From a virus: a stretch of 37,410 nucleotides of DNA. The stretch lies in the UHGV virus genome UHGV-1374559. One strand, 5' to 3'. This document shows positions 28,593 through 36,298 of the stretch, piece by piece; the first letter of the stretch is position 1; each line of letters begins with the position of its first letter. Position numbers and translations under genes: made by a program. The notes below the pieces were generated by a model that was not told the DNA's origin, did not search any database, and saw only the letters and a list, made by a program, of their open reading frames with translations.

Positions 28593-28743
28593 GGGCTAAT
28601 AGCCTTAGGTGGTTAGAGCAAATGGCTTATAACCTTTCGCTCACAGGTTCTGCAGGTACATAAAAATATCCCTCCCTTTTTTAAAGGAAAGTACGCAAAA
28701 TTATTTGTTACTCATTATATAATTTGGTCAGGGATTGTGGTAA

Positions 28744-28772
28744 CTTGAAAATTTGTAGAGTAATGTTTATTA
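28744..28772 (+). promoter_or_regulatory. sigma70-like promoter TTGAAA-N17-TATTAT for the STAS/GHKL operon
   Basis: Hexamers at 28744-28749 and 28767-28772 with 17-bp spacing, about 38 nt upstream of ATG 28810. Confidence 0.45.
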
Positions 28773-28809
28773 TAAATAGTATCAATCTTACAAGAATTGG
28801 AGATAAACA

Positions 28810-29724
28810 ATGTCATTAAGTGTAAAAATACCTTCATCTTTAACAAAATATAAGATTCCACTAGTAGTGAACGAAATACTTACTCCTGACTTAGAGCCTA
28901 AGTCAGACGAAATTATTTTTGATTTGACTGAAGTTACTTGGATTGATCCTTCAGGAGTGGCAGCACTATATAATATTGGGAAGTGGATCGATTGTTTCCC
29001 CAATGACAATATAAAGGTAACCTTCAAGATTGCTGAAAAAGGTACAGGTTCGTTCAAGAATAAAAAAGCTATGGAGTATCTCGAAGATTGTGGTTTTTTC
29101 GAAGAGTTTTTTGGAGCAAGTGACATTTATAAAGAGAATCATGCATATAGAACTACAACACTTCCAATACGAACGTTGGGAGTTGAGCAAAGCTTTAGTT
29201 GGAGATACAGTGTTTTGAAAAGGTGGCTTCAAGCGTCTACGGGGAGGAACCTAGAATTTTCAGGTATACAGGTAGGTGTAGAAGAAATTTTTAACAACAT
29301 TAGGGATCATTCTAATAGGAATATTGGTTGTGTTTTTGGACAGTATTTCCCTAATAATGACGATAGATTAGTTATAACAATTTCCGATTTTGGTTTAGGC
29401 ATCCCCACAGTTATGCGACAGAAGTATGGGGATTTTAAAGATCATGAATTAGTTTTGAAAGCATTAGAAGAAGGAGTATCAACTGAGTCTACACCTGGTA
29501 ATCGAGGTGCTGGATTGCCGAATATAATGAGAAGTTTGACCTCCAATAAGATTGGGACTGTGCATATACTGACAAATTATGCTAAAATTGTTATTAAAGA
29601 TGGGAAAGTTCATTCAGCTATTACAACAAAAAATTTTTATCCAGGAACTTTCTTTGATATAGAGATTGATATTAATAATGATAAATTATATGAAGATGAA
29701 GAAGAGGAGGAATTCACATGGTAA
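28810..29724 (+). CDS. STAS-like domain fused to GHKL (HATPase_c) anti-sigma-factor-type Ser kinase-like ATPase
   Basis: RBS GGAG. N-box-like VEEIFNNIRDHS. G1 box ISDFGLGIP (DxGxG). G2 box GNRGAGLPNIM. N-terminal FDLTEVTWIDPSGVAAL resembles the STAS DxSG phospho-site region. Confidence 0.55.
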   Translation: MSLSVKIPSSLTKYKIPLVVNEILTPDLEPKSDEIIFDLTEVTWIDPSGVAALYNIGKWIDCFPNDNIKVTFKIAEKGTGSFKNKKAMEYLEDCGFFEEFFGASDIYKENHAYRTTTLPIRTLGVEQSFSWRYSVLKRWLQASTGRNLEFSGIQVGVEEIFNNIRDHSNRNIGCVFGQYFPNNDDRLVITISDFGLGIPTVMRQKYGDFKDHELVLKALEEGVSTESTPGNRGAGLPNIMRSLTSNKIGTVHILTNYAKIVIKDGKVHSAITTKNFYPGTFFDIEIDINNDKLYEDEEEEEFTW

Positions 29725-30029
29725 ATATTGAAGTGAAAACGGAAATTGTATCATATGCTTCTAATGATGACGGGAAAAAACTCTATGTCTTAATTTATAG
29801 AGCGTTGATGGACGGTGACAATGTGAATGTTTCATTTAAAGGAATAGACGGATTAAGTTCCTCTTTTATCAATTCAGCGTTCATAGAATTGTTAAATAAT
29901 TTCGATTTCGAGTATATAAAAAGAAAATTGAGTTTTTCACATTCAAATAAACAAATTAATTCTTTAATTTTAAGTCGATTCAAATTTGAAACAAAAAAAT
30001 GTACAGTAAAAAGACCCCAGCTAGTCTAG
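29718..30029 (+). CDS. small STAS-like protein (DUF4325-like), translationally coupled partner
   Basis: ATG overlaps the upstream stop (ATGGTAA). RBS GAGGAGG. About 100 aa with FKGIDGLSSSF motif, typical of small STAS-like partners. Confidence 0.5.
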   Translation: MVNIEVKTEIVSYASNDDGKKLYVLIYRALMDGDNVNVSFKGIDGLSSSFINSAFIELLNNFDFEYIKRKLSFSHSNKQINSLILSRFKFETKKCTVKRPQLV

Positions 30030-30039
30030 GGTCTTTTTT
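30011..30039 (+). terminator. rho-independent terminator (AAGACCC-loop-GGGTCTT + T-run) overlapping operon stop codon
   Basis: 7-bp stem 30011-30017 / 30029-30035 followed by T-run to 30039. Confidence 0.65.
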
Positions 30040-30264
30040 ATGAGTAATGACAAAAAAGATAGATTTATATATCGCAAAATAAGAAAATAAATATATACTA
30101 ACTTTTAAGTAAAATAGTAATTCTTTAAGGGATGTACAATCGTATTGTTAAGGTAATACATCTTTTGCAAGCAGTCTGTGTAGTAGTTATCTTAAAGTTG
30201 TCTACTCCATACATAATGAAACCAAACTCAATTAGAACAAGCTAGTTGAGTTTTTTTGTTTTCA

Positions 30265-30336
30265 GAACTATTGGTTCAGTTGGTTAGAGCCAACCGCTCA
30301 TAGCGGTTAGGTACAGTTCGAGTCCTGTATGGTCCA
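30265..30336 (+). tRNA. tRNA-like sequence, CAT anticodon (Met/Ile2-type), degenerate (T-arm one base short, A·C in acceptor): probable attP core / tRNA 3' remnant
   Basis: Hand fold: acceptor GAACTAT/ATGGTCC with 6/7 pairs; D-arm GTTC-AGTTGGTTA-GAGC; anticodon arm AACCG-CTCATAG-CGGTT; TTCGAGT T-loop but 5' T-stem lacks one G. Lies adjacent to the integrase region. Confidence 0.4.
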
Positions 30337-30342
30337 TAGTTA

Positions 30343-30384
30343 AACACCTACCTCTGTTTCTTATGAGAGATAGGTGTTTTTTAT
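30343..30384 (+). terminator. long hairpin terminator following the tRNA-like element
   Basis: AACACCTA/TAGGTGTT 8-bp stem, extended by CTCT/AGAG, followed by TTTTTTATT. Confidence 0.5.
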
Positions 30385-30455
30385 TATGTTAATATTTTTT
30401 TGTTGAAAAACAGAACAAACGTTCGTATAATGTTTCTGATAGGAGAGTGTATCAG

Positions 30456-30941
30456 ATGGTAAGACGAACTAAAAAAGAGTTTAAACCGTATAACGACTAT
30501 GTTGACCGTCCTTTTGAGTTAAAATGGCCTACAGCTTTTCCGTTAGGAGAGTTGGCAGAAGCAATAAAGAGTACAGATGAATATCACGCTCGCAATATTG
30601 AGAGACTGCCACAGCAATCACAGCGACAAATAGAATATTTTTTAGATCGCTCTATTAAGCAAAATAAAGTTTTAGAAATCCAATTAAATTCTTTAGATGA
30701 ATATGAACGAGTTAAGCCCCACGTTTTCGGTGTTTTCCGTGGGATGGCAGAATTCGATGTTGTGCTGATTGGTGAACAAGAAATCGATTTTTATGATATT
30801 AGAAACATTCAGATTCATAATTTCACTAAATGGAGTGAAGAATATACACCTGAAGAAAATCCGTTTGAGGAAGAACCAGAGCACTGCGAAACAATAGATG
30901 AATTTGTGGACGAATATTTCGATGATAAATGGATAGAATAA
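30456..30941 (+). CDS. YolD-like family protein (orphan, no adjacent Y-family polymerase)
   Basis: ATG 30456 with AGGAGAG RBS. …FELKWP…VFGVFRGMAEFDVVLIGEQEIDFYDIRNIQI pattern resembles YolD-like proteins (from memory). Confidence 0.4.
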   Translation: MVRRTKKEFKPYNDYVDRPFELKWPTAFPLGELAEAIKSTDEYHARNIERLPQQSQRQIEYFLDRSIKQNKVLEIQLNSLDEYERVKPHVFGVFRGMAEFDVVLIGEQEIDFYDIRNIQIHNFTKWSEEYTPEENPFEEEPEHCETIDEFVDEYFDDKWIE

Positions 30942-30953
30942 TTAAAAATGTAA

Positions 30954-30991
30954 AAGTTCTACTTCTCAATCATGGAAGGTAGAGCTTTTTT
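30954..30991 (+). terminator. rho-independent terminator after the YolD-like gene
   Basis: 9-bp stem AAGTTCTAC/GTAGAGCTT with one G·U, followed by TTTTTT. Confidence 0.6.
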
Positions 30992-31266
30992 GTATGTAAA
31001 ATATGCGAATAGTATTTGATGAAATAAAAATAGACTTTGAAATGATCAGAATGCAAAACCAGTGCAAAATATTTTGCATTTCTCTACATTTTTATCCTTT
31101 TCTTATAGAAATTAAAAGAGCTAAAACCTTATAAAATAAAGGTTTTAGTTCTTTTTTGTTTTTCTCTACTTTTCTAAAAATGGAGACGGCGGTCGTAAAA
31201 CCTAGCTTGTAAATGCTGGTTTTATGGCTGTTTTTAACTACTTGATGCAAAAATAATGCAAAAAAA

Positions 31267-32397
31267 TTATACATACATTTGTTTCATCACTTCATTAACA
31301 GCATTACTTTCTTTTTGTTCCATCTCGTCTAAAATGTGTTGATAGGTTTGTAAAGTGGTTACAATGTCCTTATGTCCAAGGCGACGAGATACATATTTTA
31401 TATTTATTCCTTTATACAACATTATTGAAGCATGGGTATGCCTTAAACCATGACAAGTCAATTCTTTTGTACCGATCTTTCTACAGAATTTACGAAGGAC
31501 TTTATTTACAGCTGTATTCGATACAAGTTCCATATTGTCATTTAAAAATACTAAATTATTTTCGTTGCGTAGACCAGATTTTAAATAATATTCTTTTTGA
31601 TGTAACTGTAATTTCTTTAATAAATCGAGCGTATCATCATCAATAGTGATTATTCTTTTTGATTGATAATTTTTCGTATTAGAGAATGTATTTGTATATT
31701 TATAGTCCCAAGTTTTATTTACTTTTACAGTTTTATTTTTGAAGTCGATACAGTCCCAAGTCATGCCTATAATTTCTGAAAAACGGCAACCAGTCGCAAT
31801 ACCAAACAGAATAATAAATCGAGAAGTATAAGTGGGTTTTATACCTTGTAATATTTCGTGAACTAGATGGATAGATTCTTGATAATTCAAATATTTCAAT
31901 TCCTCGTGCTTAGGATTCTTTTTGCCCATTGCTTGTACTCGATAGGTAGGGTCTCTATGAATAATGCCTTCTTCCAAAGCATCTTTAAGAGCAGCTCGCA
32001 TATACGTATGATGTTTTTTCACTGAAGCTGTAGCGTGTGTTTCCCCATAGTCATTCAGGGCCTTTTGATATTCTTGTCGAGTCAATTCTTTTAATTTTGT
32101 ATCAGGAAAATATTTCTCACTAAAATCAACAGCCCGACGAATATCACCGTCATTGTCTTGTGATAACTTGCCTTTCCTGTAAACTTCAAACCAATTTCGA
32201 AAATACTCATGAAATAATTTTTCGCCTTCTTTTAGTGAGTATCCTTTAGAATACCTAGCTTCAATTTCTGAGGCTGCCAATTGCGCTTCTTTTTTTGTTG
32301 AAAACCCATTGACGCTTTTTGTTTTATATCGGCCATCTTTATCTTTATAAGAGACTCGAAATTGCCATCCGCTTTTCAATTTTTTTATACTTGCCAT
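31267..32397 (-). CDS. int: tyrosine integrase (phage integrase family)
   Basis: Start set to MASIKKLKSG (RBS GGGGTGA). N-terminal arm-binding/SAM-like region. C-terminal …HGLRHTHAS…LGHKDIVTTLQTYQHI catalytic motifs. Confidence 0.85.
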   Translation of the reverse strand: MASIKKLKSGWQFRVSYKDKDGRYKTKSVNGFSTKKEAQLAASEIEARYSKGYSLKEGEKLFHEYFRNWFEVYRKGKLSQDNDGDIRRAVDFSEKYFPDTKLKELTRQEYQKALNDYGETHATASVKKHHTYMRAALKDALEEGIIHRDPTYRVQAMGKKNPKHEELKYLNYQESIHLVHEILQGIKPTYTSRFIILFGIATGCRFSEIIGMTWDCIDFKNKTVKVNKTWDYKYTNTFSNTKNYQSKRIITIDDDTLDLLKKLQLHQKEYYLKSGLRNENNLVFLNDNMELVSNTAVNKVLRKFCRKIGTKELTCHGLRHTHASIMLYKGINIKYVSRRLGHKDIVTTLQTYQHILDEMEQKESNAVNEVMKQMYV

Positions 32398-32480
32398 TGT
32401 ATCACCCCAAATATTCACTTAAAAACCCCTAGCATGAATCGAACATGCTAGAACTCACCAGAGAGGGGATAAGAAAAAAA

Positions 32481-33395
32481 TTAATAGCTACCCTTCCAAG
32501 AGCTGTCTGCAAAGAAAACTTCAAACGAATTCCCATCATTGGTAATATCGAAGTATGCGGATCCATTTGCAGATTTGCCGGCTTGTATATTTTCAGAAAA
32601 ATAATCCCAAGAATCCAGATTAGATTTTACATTGTTGGAATCATAAAACTCGAACATATGCGCATTCACATCAAAAGGTTTAGTTCCTGTATTTTTAACT
32701 GAAAAATCCACTTTGGCATAGTATAGTCCTTCTGGTTTATGCCAATCGTCTCCATTACTTTTTGTAACAGAGTTAATTGTTACCTCTAAACTATCATTTG
32801 TCTGCTGATTAGAAAACGAAATAGTGTCTCCGACAGTAGCTGTTTTATTATTTATATCTATACTATTAGTTTCTTCGGTAGTTTTATCATCAGAAGATTC
32901 TTCAGGATGTTGGCCATTCTCATCTAAATAATTTCGTTCACTTAAATATACAACTTTATCTGTTTTAGGATTTATCCAAATTAGAAAAGTAGAAGTAGAA
33001 GTTTTATCTTCAAATGCATACTGTAACATCTTAAGATTTTTTATGTCTTTTGCTGATTCTCCATGTTCAGATAACTTCTTATACTTTGGAACAAGTTTTT
33101 CATTATCTTTACCGTCTAATAAATCAATCATTAATTTGTCCCTATTCACAGCATTATTAAGTTCATCATAAACAAAATTACTATCCCATTCTTTCATAGG
33201 TAAACCTAATTTTTTATAAACAGTTTTGGATGAATTTCCAACTTTTATAAGTTCGATATCACTACGTGAGAGTTCTTTTTTCTCATATATTTCACTAGAG
33301 CTACTTTTACTTTCTTGTGCATTTTTAGAGTTGCATGCTGATAATGATACTCCAAATAAACTTAAGATTATTACCCCAAAAAACATCTTTTTCAC
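32481..33395 (-). CDS. prophage lipoprotein in lysogeny module (candidate superinfection-exclusion protein)
   Basis: GTG start with GAGGAA RBS. Signal peptide plus lipobox LSAC. Sits between int and immA/repressor, as the Ltp-type exclusion lipoproteins do. Confidence 0.55.
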   Translation of the reverse strand: MKKMFFGVIILSLFGVSLSACNSKNAQESKSSSSEIYEKKELSRSDIELIKVGNSSKTVYKKLGLPMKEWDSNFVYDELNNAVNRDKLMIDLLDGKDNEKLVPKYKKLSEHGESAKDIKNLKMLQYAFEDKTSTSTFLIWINPKTDKVVYLSERNYLDENGQHPEESSDDKTTEETNSIDINNKTATVGDTISFSNQQTNDSLEVTINSVTKSNGDDWHKPEGLYYAKVDFSVKNTGTKPFDVNAHMFEFYDSNNVKSNLDSWDYFSENIQAGKSANGSAYFDITNDGNSFEVFFADSSWKGSY

Positions 33396-33455
33396 TAAAA
33401 ATTCCTCATTTCTGTTATAATATTTTCATAAGTTAAATCTCGAAATGAGATTGAA

Positions 33456-33481
33456 GTCCGTGTCCCCACACGGGCTTTTTT
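33456..33481 (+). terminator. plus-strand hairpin + T6 (GTCCGTGT-cccc-ACACGGGC TTTTTT) at the 3' boundary of immA
   Basis: 8-bp stem followed by a T-run on the plus strand only. No plus-strand gene ends there. Confidence 0.35.
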
Positions 33482-33875
33482 ATGCAAAATTAATTCTTCG
33501 TAGTTTATTAAACAAAAGAGTTCTTATACACTCTTCATAACGTGCATCAATATCAGCATCTTCTATAAAACGCATATAGTTAACTTGTTCAACAGTTAAA
33601 CCAGTTTTAGACATATAATCATCTAAGAGATTGTCAATCATGAATACATCAGCTTCATGCTCCATTTTAGAATGTAAAGAAAAAGCTAAATTATATAATT
33701 GGTAGTTATGTTGATGTTCGCTAGCGTGGCCTAATTCATGAAGAAGGGTTTTTCTTTTATTCCATTCATCTAAAGAACCTTTTAAAACGATGGTATTTAT
33801 CGATGCAATATAATGGCCGTCTGCATCTAAACCCTCTTTTTCTAGGATAATTACACCTAACTCTTTAACAATCAT
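33480..33875 (-). CDS. ImmA/IrrE-family zinc metallopeptidase
   Basis: HEXXH motif HELGH. Start set to MIVKEL (RBS GAGGAAA). Immediately downstream of the XRE repressor. Confidence 0.7.
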   Translation of the reverse strand: MIVKELGVIILEKEGLDADGHYIASINTIVLKGSLDEWNKRKTLLHELGHASEHQHNYQLYNLAFSLHSKMEHEADVFMIDNLLDDYMSKTGLTVEQVNYMRFIEDADIDARYEECIRTLLFNKLRRINFA

Positions 33876-33902
33876 TTCAATTTGTTTCCTCAACAACAAC
33901 AC

Positions 33903-34244
33903 CTACTTATTTTTCTTCTCCAAATACGCTTCAATAATGCCTGACAAAATTTCTCTATCATTTTCAGTCAGCGGTTTTCCGTCACTACTCATAACAGACG
34001 ATAAAGCTTCTTCGACTGTTAGTTGATTTTTGTCGACTGGATTGGGGTTTTCAGTTCTACCAAGTAAATAGTCTACAGACACATTAAAATAGTCAGCTAA
34101 TTCTTTTAATTTTTCAGCCGATGGCTGTTTGCCACTTTTTAGACTATAGAAATAGTTTTCACTATATCCTAAATCTAATGTTACTTGTTTCATAGTTTTT
34201 GATCGATTTTTTGCAAGTATTTTGACACGTTCAAATACTGTCAT
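33903..34244 (-). CDS. XRE-family HTH repressor (cI-like)
   Basis: RBS AAGGAG. HTH region QVTLDLGYSENYFYSLKSG. Divergent from cro. Confidence 0.75.
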   Translation of the reverse strand: MTVFERVKILAKNRSKTMKQVTLDLGYSENYFYSLKSGKQPSAEKLKELADYFNVSVDYLLGRTENPNPVDKNQLTVEEALSSVMSSDGKPLTENDREILSGIIEAYLEKKNK

Positions 34245-34310
34245 ATCAGCATTCTCCTTAAATTCTTACAAAAAACAATAAAAAAGTGTAGTTTTTTATT
34301 TACAAATACA

Positions 34311-34322
34311 ACACTATAGTGT
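34311..34322. promoter_or_regulatory. operator candidate: 12-bp perfect palindrome ACACTATAGTGT
   Basis: Counted directly. Lies in the cI-cro divergent intergenic region. Confidence 0.5.
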
Positions 34323-34445
34323 ATATTGTTCTTGTAAGTTAATTGGATAGAAAAAAGCAAACTAAAAACACACCTTATAGCATTAAGTTTGGCGACCGAG
34401 TGCATAATAAAGGTTTTGTTATAGGCTTATTTCGTATGTCTATAT

Positions 34446-34463
34446 ACTACACTATAGTGTAGT
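34446..34463. promoter_or_regulatory. operator candidate: 18-bp perfect palindrome ACTACACTATAGTGTAGT sharing the ACACTATAGTGT core
   Basis: Counted directly. About 70 bp upstream of cro. Confidence 0.5.
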
Positions 34464-34532
34464 GTTCAGTCAACAATTTTATACAATTCTATCTAATTAA
34501 CTTACTAACTATTAAAAGGAGGGATAAATAAT

Positions 34533-34724
34533 ATGCCAGACACAACGACAGGCAGAACTAAAATTCGTGAATACTTTGATAAAAAAGGAATTTCTTTAGT
34601 TACTGTAGCAACATACTTCAATATTCCAAAACAAGACTTGAATGATTATCTTTCTGGGAAAAATCAAAGTAAAAAGGCTCATGAAACGCTAACCGCAATT
34701 ATTGAATACTACAAAATTAGATAG
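34533..34724 (+). CDS. Cro-like small HTH regulator
   Basis: RBS AAGGAGGG. 63 aa. Divergent from the repressor. Confidence 0.5.
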   Translation: MPDTTTGRTKIREYFDKKGISLVTVATYFNIPKQDLNDYLSGKNQSKKAHETLTAIIEYYKIR

Positions 34725-34736
34725 GGGGTCAGTAAG

Positions 34737-35066
34737 ATGACGCAACTGATAGAATCAAAAATTTCAATTGAGATACCGTCTAATTTGATTCTGATTGAAA
34801 AGGCAAAGATTTTAGAATTAGAAAATCAAACCTTAATTGGTCAGACGTGGAATGCAAAAGATGTTACTAACCGCCTAGGTGGGAAAGATATACGTGACTG
34901 GAAACTCGTTTTCTATAAATATCGTGAAGAGGTAGATATAAGAAACGGCGGATTCGTAAAGTTCCCAACTAGTAAAGGGATGCCTTGGAAGTTTCATGCT
35001 AAGATGACCGCTCATTTTATAGATATTCATTGGAAAGAATTCATGGAGACGAAAGATCGTTTTTAA
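34737..35066 (+). CDS. hypothetical early protein (DUF771-like?)
   Basis: RBS GGGGG upstream. …GMPWKFHAKMTAHFI… resembles DUF771 phage proteins (low certainty). Confidence 0.4.
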   Translation: MTQLIESKISIEIPSNLILIEKAKILELENQTLIGQTWNAKDVTNRLGGKDIRDWKLVFYKYREEVDIRNGGFVKFPTSKGMPWKFHAKMTAHFIDIHWKEFMETKDRF

Positions 35067-35073
35067 AGAAAGG

Positions 35074-35262
35074 ATGATCACATTGAGAAAAATCTATCAT
35101 TTAAGACGTATAGCGGCATTGCTAATCGTTTTTGGCTTGGGGCTTTTAGTAGGTGGCAATATTGGTCCATTAATCCAAAACATATATATAGCAGCTTTTA
35201 TCATTTGGTTGCTCTACTACGATTTAGCGTTGGAAGATCGAGAAGTAAAAAAACAAAAATAA
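35074..35262 (+). CDS. small membrane protein
   Basis: Two hydrophobic segments. RBS AAAGGATGA. Confidence 0.4.
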   Translation: MITLRKIYHLRRIAALLIVFGLGLLVGGNIGPLIQNIYIAAFIIWLLYYDLALEDREVKKQK

Positions 35263-35328
35263 AGACCCACTTCGACGGCCATCAAAGTAGGTCAGTTACA
35301 AATATCAAATTCAAGGAGAGTGTACCAC

Positions 35329-35628
35329 ATGAATAGAAAAATTGAAAGAATGATTATTGAACTTGAAAAAGAATGTAAGGCACAGAATGTTGAACTTCTT
35401 CTATGTGCTACAAATTTTGAAACAGGCCAAGGAAGTACTGCGTTTTGTGGTTCAGTTATCGGGTTAGCTATACTCTTGCAAAAACTTGTAGGTGATCTAA
35501 AAGAGCAATTAAGTATAAGCGAATCTTGTGATTGTCCAGAATGCGTAGCAGAAAGAGCCGAAGATGCTGCAAATGAAAAATCTATGGATGAATTACTAAC
35601 TGCATTTTTACGAGGTGAACTGCAATGA
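35329..35628 (+). CDS. hypothetical protein
   Basis: ATG 35329 with AAGGAGAG RBS. Confidence 0.4.
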   Translation: MNRKIERMIIELEKECKAQNVELLLCATNFETGQGSTAFCGSVIGLAILLQKLVGDLKEQLSISESCDCPECVAERAEDAANEKSMDELLTAFLRGELQ

Positions 35629-35849
35629 TTGAAGTAAGAGGTTTAAGTGATGATGTTTACGAATTAATGTTAGCGAATGCTCAAAATAGAATTGTTCAAT
35701 CAATTCGAACTGCAGCATCAAATGGTAATACAAGTTGCGTGGTGAATAGTAAAGGTCTTACATCAACGTTTTTATCTCAATTAGAAACAGAAGGATTTGA
35801 TCACGTTGAACTTGAAGAAAACAAAACCAAAATATTTTGGGAGTGGTAA
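35625..35849 (+). CDS. hypothetical protein
   Basis: Coupled ORF (ATGA overlap). Confidence 0.4.
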   Translation: MIEVRGLSDDVYELMLANAQNRIVQSIRTAASNGNTSCVVNSKGLTSTFLSQLETEGFDHVELEENKTKIFWEW

Positions 35850-35851
35850 AC

Positions 35852-36208
35852 ATGGGAGTAATTGATGTTGCAAATAAAAAGCTTCTGTATTTAGAAAATT
35901 TGATTGGCCAGATCAAAGAAGCGGAAGAATATTTAGTGAGTTTAAAGAATCCTGCTTTAAATAATAAAAAAGAAGTGATGTCAGATATAGAAATTGGTAT
36001 CCCTACACACTTTATGGGGTCTGGATTTTTCAGAGAAGAAGGACATAGTCGTTGGCACAAAGTTCGGCTAGAAGAAGATTTAGGGATAGTTGGAATTCAA
36101 GCAGATATCAAGGAACTAGTTGAAAATGCTGTAAATGACAGGATAACAGAGATGAAAGACGAACTAAGAAAATCGATTAGTAAATTGGAGGTAGATTGTC
36201 ACGAATGA
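35852..36208 (+). CDS. hypothetical protein
   Basis: ATG 35852 with GGGAG RBS. Confidence 0.4.
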   Translation: MGVIDVANKKLLYLENLIGQIKEAEEYLVSLKNPALNNKKEVMSDIEIGIPTHFMGSGFFREEGHSRWHKVRLEEDLGIVGIQADIKELVENAVNDRITEMKDELRKSISKLEVDCHE

Positions 36209-36298
36209 ATTTGATTCATTAGGGGCTAGACAAGAGCCGCCAGAAGAAAAAGAAGCATTAGAGCCAACATGGGAATATGACGAAGAAGAGGAGAATCA

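Noticed and set aside
32445-32702. 85-aa plus-strand ORF antisense to the lipoprotein gene
   Set aside because: Antisense, no RBS, hydrophobic or odd composition.
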